A stretch of DNA of 64,000 nt from contig NIVC01000288.1 in NCBI GenBank assembly GCA_002269645.1, forward strand, positions 124,001-188,000, read 5' to 3'. Shown one piece after another: positions 26,134 to 46,777 of the stretch (position 1 is its first letter; every line of letters begins with the position of its first letter). Below the pieces are notes generated by a model, which saw only the letters and a program-made list of their open reading frames with translations, searched no databases and had not been told where the DNA came from. The position numbers were made by a program, and so were the translations under genes. This DNA comes from Macrostomum lignano (Eukaryota).

Positions 26134-27994
26134 TTCAAAGCTCTGTCTTTTTCCCCCTATTCAATGCTTGATTTTGGTGTATTTTTGTCGAAAAATAGTT
26201 ATCGTAAGTGCCAACTATATACAGTTTATCGTATCTATTTATCCATCTAGACCTCCAGCAACGAAGCTATTGCTATAAAGATCATATAACTGAGTTCAGC
26301 TATATATGGAAAGTGGATTTATCAGATTAGCAGGGATCATTAGCCAGTTAACGAGATGAGAACTAATATCTTAGTGACTTGAAGTCGCACACCACGTATA
26401 AGTCTGCTCATGGCTAATCAAATGGATTGTGCAACTCACTTGAAACTTCATCAGGTTTGAACGGACTGGACTGGCTTTAGATTTCATGTGATTTTTTTGC
26501 TTCTATGGTGAATTCGGTAAGCATCTGACTCTTAACGACCAGTGGCCGCTGGTGGGTTGTCGTGGGGTTCACAGCCATCAGGGCTTCACAATAATCTTCA
26601 TATAAATTTTATATTTTGCACCTCTTGTTGGTTTTAACTACGAACTCGAAAATGTTGAGGTTTTGCTGCCTTTGCCATTATTTCTGCCCGTAGCAACGCA
26701 GCAGAAGAAGACTTTGCCTATCTGTTGTATATAACAGCCCAAGCTGCAATCGCTACTCCATCAAGGCTGCAAAATCGCCAATCTTGATTCGACATCGAAG
26801 GGGTGGGGGTCGGGCCTGATGGGACAAAACAAACAATAATTCTTCCTACCTAAATCTTCTCCACTATACGTGCAGCAGAATGCAGTCACTGGCTGTGGAA
26901 TCTTCCAATGCAGACCTGACATCCGTGACGTTGCGATGTTCAGCTGACAGCATAGCGTTCCCCTCCACCCAGGGGTCTTACAATCCTAGACATCCCATAT
27001 TTACATTTTCTTCCTTCGACATGCATTATATTGAATAGAATTGACTTTTGTGTAAATATAAATCAATTAATCCTGGCAAAGAAACTAATATTTCGCACTA
27101 ATTTCTTGCCATTTTTACGGCTGACTGCTATCTTCGGTAAGTTGCTGAGAGCCTCGAGACTTTAGAGTTGAAGTACAAGGTTACTGGTTTAACCCTTTTT
27201 GTTTGGTGTACACTCTTACGCTCTTACGTCTCGAAGTTGCGTAATGCTGATGACGAACTAATTGAGATCCAGACTTGTGATCGATTCAATACCCATGAGA
27301 ACGAACACGGATACGCGGGGCTCTGTGCACCCTGGCGCACTTTAAGCGACATTGTCACACAACCGGCGAGAGGCATTGCTGCCCATTCCGCCGGCTCCCC
27401 TGAGCAGGCACACAGTCACACAGGAGTGTACAGCGGCCCTAAATTTATTTATCGTTAGGCATGTACACTTCACTGTGCCTTGGGGGGGGGGCTGGCCCGC
27501 ATGATTCCAATTCCAAATTTTTAGCCCCCAGATTAATGTGACGGCACTTGGAATCGAGCCTTGGCCGTTAAGCGAAGCCATTCGAACTCGCGACCTTTGG
27601 AAACGCTTGGAAAAGTCTCAGATCGGGAATGGTGGCTTGGCATTGGCCAGCGCTAGAAACCCCCACCAATAGCCTTTAAAAATATTCGTATTCCGGTGTA
27701 TGTCTACGTCAAGCTATTTCGGCTACGCCAAAAAAAGGGCTGTAGCCAACCAGAGATCAACCCGACGCCATGGTATATACTTCGCCTGAAGCTAAAGAAG
27801 AGCATTCAGGATTTTTAGAAGCTCAGTCACTTTTACCGGTACAATTCAAGCTTTAGGATTCCTGGCCTGTTCTCGAGAGCGAATAAAGTTTTTCCTGTCG
27901 ATAAGTAGACGTGAGTATGTGCGAGCCTCTGCTATTTGTCTTCTTTTGTGTTGCTGCTTTCAGTGCAATAACTGACAATAAAAAGTTGATAGAT

Positions 27995-28527
27995 AATAGA
28001 TGATAGATGATAGATGATAGATGATAGTTGAGAGATGATAGTTGAGAGATGATAGATGATAGATGATAGTTGATAGATGATAGTTGATAGATGATAGATG
28101 ATAGATGATAGATGATAGATGATAGTTGATAGATGATAGATGATAGTTGAGAGATGATAGATGATAAATGATAGATGATTAAATGATAGATGATAGATGA
28201 TAGATGATAGATGATTAAATGATAGATGATAGATGATAGATGATAGTTGATAGATGATAGATGATAGATGATAGTTGAGAGATGATAGATGATAGATGAT
28301 AGATGATTAAATGATAGATGATAGATGATAGATGATAGTTGATAGATGATAGATGATAGTTGAGAGATGATTGATGATAGATGATAGTTGATAGATGATA
28401 GATGATAGATGATAGATGATAGTTGAGAGATGATAGATGATAGATGATAGTTGATAGATGATAGATGATAGATGAGAGATGATAGATGATAGATGATAGA
28501 TGATAGATGATAGATGATAGATGATAA
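27995..28527. repeat. (GATAGAT)n-type microsatellite upstream of innexin exon 1
   Basis: Direct reading. Confidence 0.93.
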
Positions 28528-28622
28528 TTTTATGTTAATTTATTATTTATTTGTTAGTTAATTTATGGTTAATAAATGCATAGTAACTCAAATCCAATAT
28601 AATTTATCCCTCAATTGTCAGG

Positions 28623-36850
<8,228 letters not shown>

Positions 36851-36907
36851 GCTGCTGAGCCGCGGCGCTTTTAATGACGTTTTCTAAGCGGCATGACTGG
36901 ATCTTTT

Positions 36908-38975
36908 CCTGACACTTTGTTTGAACCTCTCGAAAACTCCATGACTCCTATCTGACAACTCCATGACTCCTATCTGACAACTACATGACTCCTATCCGAC
37001 AACTCCATGACTTCTATCTGCCAACTCCATGACTCCTATCTGACAACTCCATGACTCTGACCTGACAACTCCATGACTCCTATCTGCCAACTCCATGACT
37101 CCTATCTGACAACTCCATGACTCCTATCTGACAACTCCATGACTCTGACCTGACAACTCCATGACTCTGACCTGACAACTCCATGACTCCTTTCCTGACA
37201 CTTTGTTTGAACTTCTCGAAAACTCCATGACTCCTATTTGACAAATCCATGACTCCAATATGTCAACTCCATGACTCCTATCTGACAACTCTATGACTCC
37301 TATCTGACAACTCCATGACTCCGATATGACAACTCCATGACTCATACCCGACAACTCCATGACTCCTATCCGACAACTCCATGACTCCTATCTGACAACT
37401 CCATGACTCCGATATGACAACTCCATGACTCCTATCCGACAACTCCATGACTCCTATCTGACAACTCCATGACTCCTATCTGACAACTCCATGACTCTGA
37501 CCTGACAACTCCATGACTCCTATCTGACAACTCCATGACTCCTATCCGAAAACTCCATGACTCCTATCTGACAACTCCATGACTCCTATCTGACAACTCC
37601 ATGACTCCTATCTGACAACTCCATGACTCCGATATGACAACTCCATGACTCCTATTTGACAAATCCATGACTCCAATATGTCAACTCCATGACTCCTATC
37701 TGACAACTCTATGACTCCTATCTGACAACTCCATGACTCCGATATGACAACTCCATGACTCATACCCGACAACTCCATGACTCCTATCCGACAACTCCAT
37801 GACTCCTATCTGACAACTCCATGACTCCGATATGACAACTCCATGACTCCTATCCGACAACTCCATGACTCCTATCTGACAACTCCATGACTCCTATCTG
37901 ACAACTCCATGACTCTGACCTGACAACTCCATGACTCCTATCTGACAACTCCATGACTCCTATCCGAAAACTCCATGACTCCTATCTGACAACTCCATGA
38001 CTCCTATCTGCCAACTCCATGACTCCTATCTGACAACTCCATGACTCCTATCTGACAACTCCATGACTCTGACCTGACAACTCCATGACTCTGACCTGAC
38101 AACTCCATGACTCCTTTCCTGACACTTTGTTTGAACTTCTCGAAAACTCCATGACTCCTATTTGACAAATCCATGACTCCAATATGTCAACTCCATGACT
38201 CCTATCTGACAACTCTATGACTCCTATCTGACAACTCCATGACTCCGATATGACAACTCCATGACTCATACCCGACAACTCCATGACTCCTATCCGACAA
38301 CTCCATGACTCCTATCTGACAACTCCATGACTCCGATATGACAACTCCATGACTCCTATCCGACAACTCCATGACTCCTATCTGACAACTCCATGACTCC
38401 TATCTGACAACTCCATGACTCTGACCTGACAACTCCATGACTCCTATCTGACAACTCCATGACTCCTATCCGAAAACTCCATGACTCCTATCTGACAACT
38501 CCATGACTCCTATCTGACAACTCCATGACTCCTATCTGACAACTCCATGACTCCGATATGACAACTCCATGACTCCTATCTGACAACTCCATGACTCCTA
38601 TCTGACAACTCCATGACTCCGATATGACAACTCCATGACTTCTACCCGACAACTCCATGACTCCGATATGACAACTCCATGACTCCTATCTGACAACTCC
38701 ATGACTCCGATATGACAACTCCATGACTCCTATCTGACAACTCCATGACTCCTATCTGACAACTCCATGACTCCGATATGACAACTCCATGACTCCTACC
38801 CGACAACTCCATGACTCCGATATGACAACTCCATGACTCTTATCTGACAACTCCATGACTCCGATATGACAACTCCATGGCTCTTATCTGACAACTCCAT
38901 GACTCCTACCCGACAACTCCATGACTCCTATCCGACAACTCTGTGACTCCTATCCGACAACTTAATGACTCTTAT
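36908..38975. repeat. 22-bp minisatellite (TGACAACTCCATGACTCCTATC)n with a 924-bp higher-order duplication
   Basis: Direct reading; identical ORFs at 37124-37360 and 38048-38284. Confidence 0.95.
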
Positions 38976-40451
38976 CTAGCTAACAACTACTTGACTCCTC
39001 TGACACCCCCATACTTATCGTATATGATTTTCCCTTACACCTATTAAGAACTTTTTAACTTTCCACAATTGTATTTTTTGAGTTTAGTGCTTTAAAATCT
39101 TAACTGCTCGAACAAATCTTTGATGTACGGATGCTTTTGAAGTCTCTCAATTGTGCTTTGTCACCTATAAAAATGTAATTAATTGGTTTGATGTTTCACC
39201 TTAACTCCGTCATTTTTCATGCTTGTAATCTATGAAAATTGCGAAATTCTAAAGTATGGTCATTTAACTAATTTAATCGATCAAGTAGAAAGTGATTACT
39301 TGCTATACTGGCATGTTTTTCGTTCTTTCAGGTTAAATTTTTCACTCACATGTACCTTTATTGACTGTGGTTTAAGTATTTTATTTATTCATATATATTC
39401 TATTTTTTGTTTCAACAACTCGACTTAATTTTAACTTGAGATTGAATTTTATTTGTAATGTATATTGCTCTTTACTAAAAATGCTACTTTGCTAAAATAC
39501 GAGATCAATTCGTCCTTATTAGTTTACTTATAGTAGTAGTAAATGTGAAAATTTTTTGTTCGATTATGCCGTTTTTTTCATGTTAAAATATGATCATGTG
39601 CTCTCGGTAGGGTAGCTTTTTTGAAATGAAATTTCATAACTAAAGTAAAATTAAAATTAAAATCTAAGTCAATTTTTTGTTTAAAGTGATGTTTTCGTAA
39701 TGTTTCTTGTAACTGTTGGCACTGTCATAGAATTTAAGTAAACATTCTTCATACTAGATGCATTATAACAAACTAGAATATTTCGTTTATTTTTTAGAAA
39801 GGCATCCATTGAAAACGAAATTTATACAAGGGTGAGCATACTTCACCTTGCACATATTTGTTATTTAAAAAAACATTTGCTATATATAAGGGTTTTATGA
39901 CTTATAATTCATAATATACTCGTAAACAACAATTCGGTTCAATTCATTATTTAAAATGATACGCGGGTAATTTATAGCTCGTAGAAACTTTGAATTTTAA
40001 AACTCGAAAAATACCTTACTTAGATAAAAACAAATTCTGAGAAAAGTTTTAAATAACTGCGTAGGACGTTGTTTCCGAAAAGCAATTTTGAACTGATGTT
40101 AGACAAATATGGCTATTAAAATTGCGTGACAAAAGAAATCAATCAAAACATTTTTACCTTCTAATTAACCATCGCGTGCCAGAAAAACCTTTCTTAAGGC
40201 ATATCGTACATTCAAATACTTTTTTTGAATCTTTTAGAAGTGTTCTACTTTGTGATTGATTCGATCAATTCGTATATCTAGTATTCTAAAAATGAAAATT
40301 CATCCTGTCTAAAATTGATTGACAACTTGACAGTTGTGCGCATGAATCATGATTGAAGACCCAATTTGCGCTACTCAATTATTAGGCAGCTGTTTAAATT
40401 CATTTTTATCAAGCAATTTTGGACATTAATCCTCACACATCAGTACTCCGA

Positions 40452-41255
40452 TGGATAGTCCCAATCCGATAGTCCCAGTCCGATAGTCCCAGTCCGATAG
40501 TCCCAGTCCGATAGTCCCAGTCCGATAGTCCCAGTCCGATAGTCCCAGTCCGATAGTCCCAGTCCGATAGTCCCAGTCCGATAGTCCCAGTCCGATAGTC
40601 CCAGTCCGATAGTCCCAGTCCGATAGTCCCAGTCCGATAGTCCCAGTCCGATAGTCCCAGTCCGATAGTCCCAGTTCAAGTCATGCAATATAGTCTTGCT
40701 TCCAGTCCTACTCTGGAAGTGGAAGTCCCACTTAGATAGTCCCAATCCCATTCTCAGCCTCAGCTTGAGTTCCAGTCCCAGTCCCAGTTCTATAGTCCCT
40801 GTCCCAGTCCCAGTCCCAGCTCTATAGTCCCTGTCCCAGTCCCAGTCCCAGCTCTATAGTCCCTGTCCCAGCTCTATAGTCCCTGTCCCAGCTCCATAGT
40901 CCCTGTCCCAGTCCCAGTCCCAGCTCTATGGTCCCTGTCCCAGTCCCAGTCCCAGCTCTATAGTCCCTGTCCCAGTCCCAGTCCCAGCTCTATAGTCTCT
41001 GTCCCAGCTTCAGTCCCAGTCTCAGTCCCAGTCCCAGCTCTATAGTCCCTGTCCCAGCTTCAGTCCCAGTCTCAGTCCCTGTCCCAGCTCTATAGTCCCT
41101 GTCCCAGCTCTATAGTCCCTGTCCCAGTCCCAGTCCCAGCTCTATGGTCCCTGTCCCAGTCCCAGTCCCAGCTCTATAGTCCCTGTCCCAGTCCCAGTCC
41201 CAGCTCTATAGTCCCTGTCCCAGCTTCAGTCCCAGTCTCAGTCCGAGTCCCAGCT
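40452..41255. repeat. (GATAGTCCCAGTCC)n at 40452-40675, then a related GTCCCA/GCTCTATA compound array
   Basis: Direct reading. Confidence 0.9.
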
Positions 41256-43440
41256 TGAAAATGCCAGTGCGATAATTTCTTCCCTCAATCACTGTCTGAA
41301 ATCCCCATAGTGCCACAATCCTACAGTCTGTCTGAGCATAATTCAGTCCCTAAGCATCAGGCATCAGACTAGCTTTGCGCTGACCCTAAAGGCAGCAAAT
41401 CCCAATTGCTCTTCCCGACTCCTCTCTATCCTTTTATTCCTTCGCAATCTGATTGGCCAGATAAGGAGAACAAATGGGAAGAAACAAACCGAGTGACAAA
41501 TGGGAACAGCTATAGTCGTACAGCTATACATGCAGTTTCTCCAATTATATATAGATGCTATCTACGTCAGTGGAACTGACAATAAAGATGATAAACAGTA
41601 CTTGTTCTTCCTGTAAAAACATCGGCTGACGATTTTTGACATTTTGAGACAAAACCAACAGAAACGGTGAGTCCCGCAATTTCTACAATTAATAAAGCTT
41701 GTTTCGCTTAAATTACTATTTACTGCTCGATTTAAAGACACTGACAAAGTTCTAGAACTAATAAATTAATGGTTGCTGTGTCTTGACGTCTGGGGTCTAG
41801 GGTTAAAGGGTCTAGGGTTGAAGGGTCTAAGATTGAAGGGTCTAGGGTTGAAGGGTCTAGGGTTGAAGGGTCTAGGGTTGAAGGGTCTAGGGTTAAAAGG
41901 TCTAGGGTTGAAGGGTCTAAGATTGAAGGGTCTAGGGTTGAAGGGTCTAGGGTTGAAGGGTCTAGGGTTGAAGGGTCTAGGGTTGAAGGGTCTAGGGTTG
42001 AAGGGTCTAGGGTTGAAGGGTCTAGGGTTGAAGGGTCTAGGGTTAAAGGGTCTAGGGTTGAAGGGTCTAGGGTTAAAGGGTCTAGGGTTGAAGGGTCTAG
42101 GGTTGAAGAATCTAGGGTTGAAGGGTCTAGGGTTGAAGGGTCTAGGGTTGAAGGGTCTAGGGTTGAAGGGTCTAGGGTTGAAGGGTCTAGGGTTGAAGGG
42201 TCTAGGGTTGAAGGGTCTAGGGTTGAAGGGTCTAGGGTTGAAGGGTCTAGGGTTAAAGGGTCTAGGGTTGAAGGGTCTAGGGTTAAAGGGTCTAGGGTTG
42301 AAGGGTCTAGGGTTGAAGGGTCTAGGGTTGAAGGGTCTAGGGTTGAAGGGTCTAGGGTTGAAGGGTCTAGGGTTGAAGGGTCTAGGGTTGAAGGGTCTAG
42401 GGTTGAAGGGTCTAGGGTTGAAGGGTCTAGGGTTGAAGGGTCTAGGGTTGAAGGGTCTAGGGTTGAAGGGTCTAGGGTTGAAGGGTCTAGGGTTGAAGGG
42501 TCTAGGGTTGAAGGGTCTAGGGTTGAAGGGTCTAGGGTTGAAGGGTCTAGGGTTGAAGGGTCTAGGGTTGAAGGGTCTTAGGCTAACAATCGAGCTAGCG
42601 AGAACTTTTACGCCCTTCAGAAACTGATTGAGAGCTTCATTCAATCAGCAATAAATCTATATTCTATTAATATACGGGCCAAGAACACGAGCTTCAGGTC
42701 GTGGCAATAAAACTGCATGCGCAATGTGGGAGTTTCAGTTTGATATGCAAAACCCTCAGCTGTACGTCATTCACAGGACAAAAATGATGTTTCGGTTGAA
42801 TTATTGAATTATTTTTTATGACCCGCGTGTCGGTTCAACAACCGAAAGTCTTCACATGCTTGGGGAGAGCTCAAACTAAAGGCCATTTGCTGCTCAGTCA
42901 TAAACTTCAGCCCTATTTCGTATTTATTGCGAAACAGACAAGGATAGAAGCTGTGTGCTCTTAACAGCGAGGCCCCAGAATCAGTATATTAAGACCCTAT
43001 GATGAGGCTATCTATAGATTTTTTCTCCGTTTATTTCATAACTAATGGGGAGATTTTGAAAATTTGGCCTCATCCTTAAGCAGGTTTAGGCGTCAAGGAC
43101 CACTAGAAGTTACCACTGGACGTAGCACAATTTATTTAAAGGCCAGCTTGTTTGTATTGCAGTGAAACTTTAAATGCTCATAGCTCTTGATCAGCTTGAT
43201 TAAAATGATAATTTTTTTCGTTGGGTTGTTTGAACTTTTGTGCTCTTCAAGATACCAGAAGTTTGGCCTTGTACTTTTTAGTTTTCTATTGTGATAGGGT
43301 TTGAAAAATGACACTGAGACAGTTAAAGTTGAAAAAAAGTACTTTTCTGTGCTATTAAATCAGTCAAGTTAGAAACCCTTAGTATAGTAAACTGTTACAA
43401 GCTTTGTTAAATTAGTAGAAGTATGTCTGCATAATAATTA

Positions 43441-43746
43441 AAAATAATAATAAGTGATAACACCTGGCCTAATTGGGACAAATGTGCAACCGACAGCTCA
43501 GCCGCAGCTATTGCGCGACGCATTTGAAGGCTGCCTACGGCTGTTCAGTCCAAGGACTGGGGGGTCGCCACACACAGCCTCAATTACCCCAGCTAATGCT
43601 GGCACCCATTTTACAGCTGGGTGAATTGAAAGAATGCAGAGTTAAGTGTCTTGCTCAAGGACACAAATTGTTCCGAGAGTGGGTCGAGAATCGAACCCCC
43701 GACCTTTCAGTCCTGAGTCCGACCGTCTAACTAGTAGGCTACAACC
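43441..43746 (-). mobile_element. tRNA-derived SINE with CORE-like central domain, copy 1
   Basis: Minus strand: tRNA-like head with A box (TAGCCTACTAGTTAG) and B box (GGTTCGATTC); CCTTGAGCAAGACACTTAACTCT...CTGTAAAATGGG resembles the MIR/CORE domain; (TTA)n tail. Four homologous copies in the window. Confidence 0.85.
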
Positions 43747-45803
43747 TCCCCACCCTATAAAGGCATAGCATGCTAGCAAGTTTTAAAGCAAGGCAGCGTG
43801 TAACAACAGAACTACTTTAAATATGTCGATTTTAACAGGTTAAAGCCTTAAAAAATTACACATACAGCCTATTTTGGAGCTTCAGTGGCACACAGCTAGT
43901 GCAGGTTTCTTCATAAACAGTCAAATATAGAATGCTTTTTTAGGCAAGCATCGCTAAATACACGTAAACAAGCGGGCCTTCAAATAATTTTTCAATAATT
44001 ACGTGTGTTATGTCCTGATAAAACGGTAACTTCTAGCTGTCCTTGTTAGAAGTTTTGTTCGAGGGAGTCTAGGGTTGAAGGGTCTAGAGTTGAAGGCTTT
44101 AGGGTTGAAGGGTCTAGGGTTGCAGGGTCTAGGGTTGAAGGGTCTATGGTTGAAGGGTCTAGAGTTGAAGGGTCTGGGACTGAAGGGTCTAAGGGTTGAA
44201 GGTTTCAGGGTTAAAGGGTCTAGGGTTGAAGGGTCTAGGGTTGAAGGGTCTAGAGTTGAAGGTTTTAGGGTTGAAGGGTCTAGGGTTGAAGGGTCTAGGG
44301 TTGAAGGGTTTAGAGTTGAAGGGTCTAGGATTGAAGGGTCTGGGACTGAAGGGTCTAGGGTTGAAGGGTCTAAGGTTGAAGGGTCTAGGGTTGAAGGGTC
44401 TAGGGTTGAAGGGTCTAGGGTTGAAGGGTCTAGGGTTGAAGGGTCTAGAGTTGAAGGGTCTAGGGTTGAAGGGTCTAGGGTTGAAGGGTCTAGGGTTGAA
44501 GGGTCTAGGGTTGAAGGGTCTAGGGTTGAAGGGTCTAGGGTTGAAGGGTCTAGGGTTGAAGGTGCTAGGGTTGAAGGGTCTAGGGTTGAAGGGTCTAGGG
44601 TTGAAGGGTCTAGGGTTGAAGGGTCTAGGGTTGAAGGGTCTAGGGTTGAAGGGTCTAGGGTTGAAGGGTCTAGGGTTGAAGGGTCTAGGGTTGAAGGGTC
44701 TAGGGTTGAAGGGTCTAGGGTTGAAGGGTCTAGGGTTGAAGGGTCTAGGGTTGAAGGGTCTAGGGTTGAAGGGTCTAGGGTTGAAGGGTCTAGGGTTAAA
44801 GGGTCTAGGGTTGAAGGGTCTAGGGTTGAAGGGTCTAGGGTTGAAGGGTCTAGGGTTGAAGGGTCTAGGGTTGAAGGGTCTAGGGTTGAAGGGTCTAGGG
44901 TTGAAGGGTCTAGGGTTGAAGGGTCTAGGGTTGAAGGGTCTTAGGCTAACAATCGAGCTAGCGAGAACTTTTACGCCCTTCAGAAACTGATTGAGAGCTT
45001 CATTCAATCAGCAATAAATCTATATTCTATTAATATACGGGCCAAGAACACGAGCTTCAGGTCGTGGCAATAAAACTGCATGCGCAATGTGGGAGTTTCA
45101 GTTTGATATGCAAAACCCTCAGCTGTACGTCATTCACAGGACAAAAATGATGTTTCGGTTGAATTATTGAATTATTTTTTATGACCCGCGTGTCGGTTCA
45201 ACAACCGAAAGTCTTCACATGCTTGGGGAGAGCTCAAACTAAAGGCCATTTGCTGCTCAGTCATAAACTTCAGCCCTATTTCGTATTTATTGCGAAACAG
45301 ACAAGGATAGAAGCTGTGTGCTCTTAACAGCGAGGCCCCAGAATCAGTATATTAAGACCCTATGATGAGGCTATCTATAGATTTTTTCTCCGTTTATTTC
45401 ATAACTAATGGGGAGATTTTGAAAATTTGGCCTCATCCTTAAGCAGGTTTAGGCGTCAAGGACCACTAGAAGTTACCACTGGACGTAGCACAATTTATTT
45501 AAAGGCCAGCTTGTTTGTATTGCAGTGAAACTTTAAATGCTCATAGCTCTTGATCAGCTTGATTAAAATGATAATTTTTTTCGTTGGGTTGTTTGAACTT
45601 TTGTGCTCTTCAAGATACCAGAAGTTTGGCCTTGTACTTTTTAGTTTTCTATTGTGATAGGGTTTGAAAAATGACACTGAGACAGTTAAAGTTGAAAAAA
45701 AGTACTTTTCTGTGCTATTAAATCAGTCAAGTTAGAAACCCTTAGTATAGTAAACTGTTACAAGCTTTGTTAAATTAGTAGAAGTATGTCTGCATAATAA
45801 TTA

Positions 45804-46109
45804 AAAATAATAATAAGTGATAACACCTGGCCTAATTGGGACAAATGTGCAACCGACAGCTCAGCCGCAGCTATTGCGCGACGCATTTGAAGGCTGCCTA
45901 CGGCTGTTCAGTCCAAGGACTGGGGGGTCGCCACACACAGCCTCAATTACCCCAGCTAATGCTGGCACCCATTTTACAGCTGGGTGAATTGAAAGAATGC
46001 AGAGTTAAGTGTCTTGCTCAAGGACACAAATTGTTCCGAGAGTGGGTCGAGAATCGAACCCCCGACCTTTCAGTCCTGAGTCCGACCGTCTAACTAGTAG
46101 GCTACAACC
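45804..46109 (-). mobile_element. SINE copy 2, inside the 2.36-kb duplication
   Basis: Reads identical to copy 1 at offset 2363; the ORF track shows the same 85-aa translation. Confidence 0.85.
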
Positions 46110-46733
46110 TCCCCACCCTATAAAGGCATAGCATGCTAGCAAGTTTTAAAGCAAGGCAGCGTGTAACAACAGAACTACTTTAAATATGTCGATTTTAACA
46201 GGTTAAAGCCTTAAAAAATTACACATACAGCCTATTTTGGAGCTTCAGTGGCACACAGCTAGTGCAGGTTTCTTCATAAACAGTCAAATATAGAATGCTT
46301 TTTTAGGCAAGCATCGCTAAATACACGTAAACAAGCGGGCCTTCAAATAATTTTTCACTAGTTATGTCATGTCCTGAATATGTGTTATGTCCTGATACAA
46401 CGGTAACTTCTAGCGGTCCTTGTTAGAAGTTTTGTTCGAGGGAGTCTAGGGTTGAAGGGTCTAGGGTTGAAGGGTCTAGGGTTGAAGGGTCTAGGGTTGA
46501 AGGGTCTAGGGTTGAAGGGTCTAGGGTTGAAGGGTCTAGGGTTGAAGGGTCTAGGGTTGAAGGGTCTAGGGTTGAAGGGTCTAGGGTTGAAGGGTCTAAG
46601 ATTGAATGATCTAGGGTTGAAGGGTCTAGGGTTGAAGGGTCTAGGGTTGAAGGGTCTAGGTTTGAAGGGTCAAGGATTGAAGGGTCTAGTAGGAAATAAA
46701 CGTCAACAAAAGCATAAAATAATTTTTTTCTTT

Positions 46734-46777
46734 CTAGCCAACGCGTTTCGTCAAACACAAGCCGTCGTCAGGGCAAA
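46734..46777 (-). ncRNA. Candidate minimal type-I hammerhead ribozyme motif (Penelope-type)
   Basis: TTTGCC-CTGACGA-C-GGCTTGTGTTTGAC-GAAA-CGCG-TT-GGCTAG: intact CUGANGA and GAAA core, palindromic ACGCGT stem III, GCC/GGC stem I; stem II has a G.A mismatch. Confidence 0.55.

Larger units (their letters stand above)
42578..46443. repeat. Tandem segmental duplication, period 2363 bp
   Basis: Unique segments 42578-44067 and 44941-46443 read near-identical, with matching ORFs 43132/45495 and 43473/45836. They differ visibly only near their right ends. Confidence 0.93.

Noticed and set aside
27168-27581. Short non-repetitive ORFs (also 29732, 31038, 33732, 54828, 56877)
   Set aside because: No recognisable motifs and no consistent splice partners; not supportable as genes.
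27550-27600. B-box-like fragments (also near 57905-57925)
   Set aside because: No accompanying A box or cloverleaf; at most highly decayed SINE heads.
42820-42860. Degenerate hammerhead-like GTGAAGA..CGGTT/AACCG..ACACGCG (also at +2363)
   Set aside because: Three core positions are violated (C3, GAAA, U16.1).
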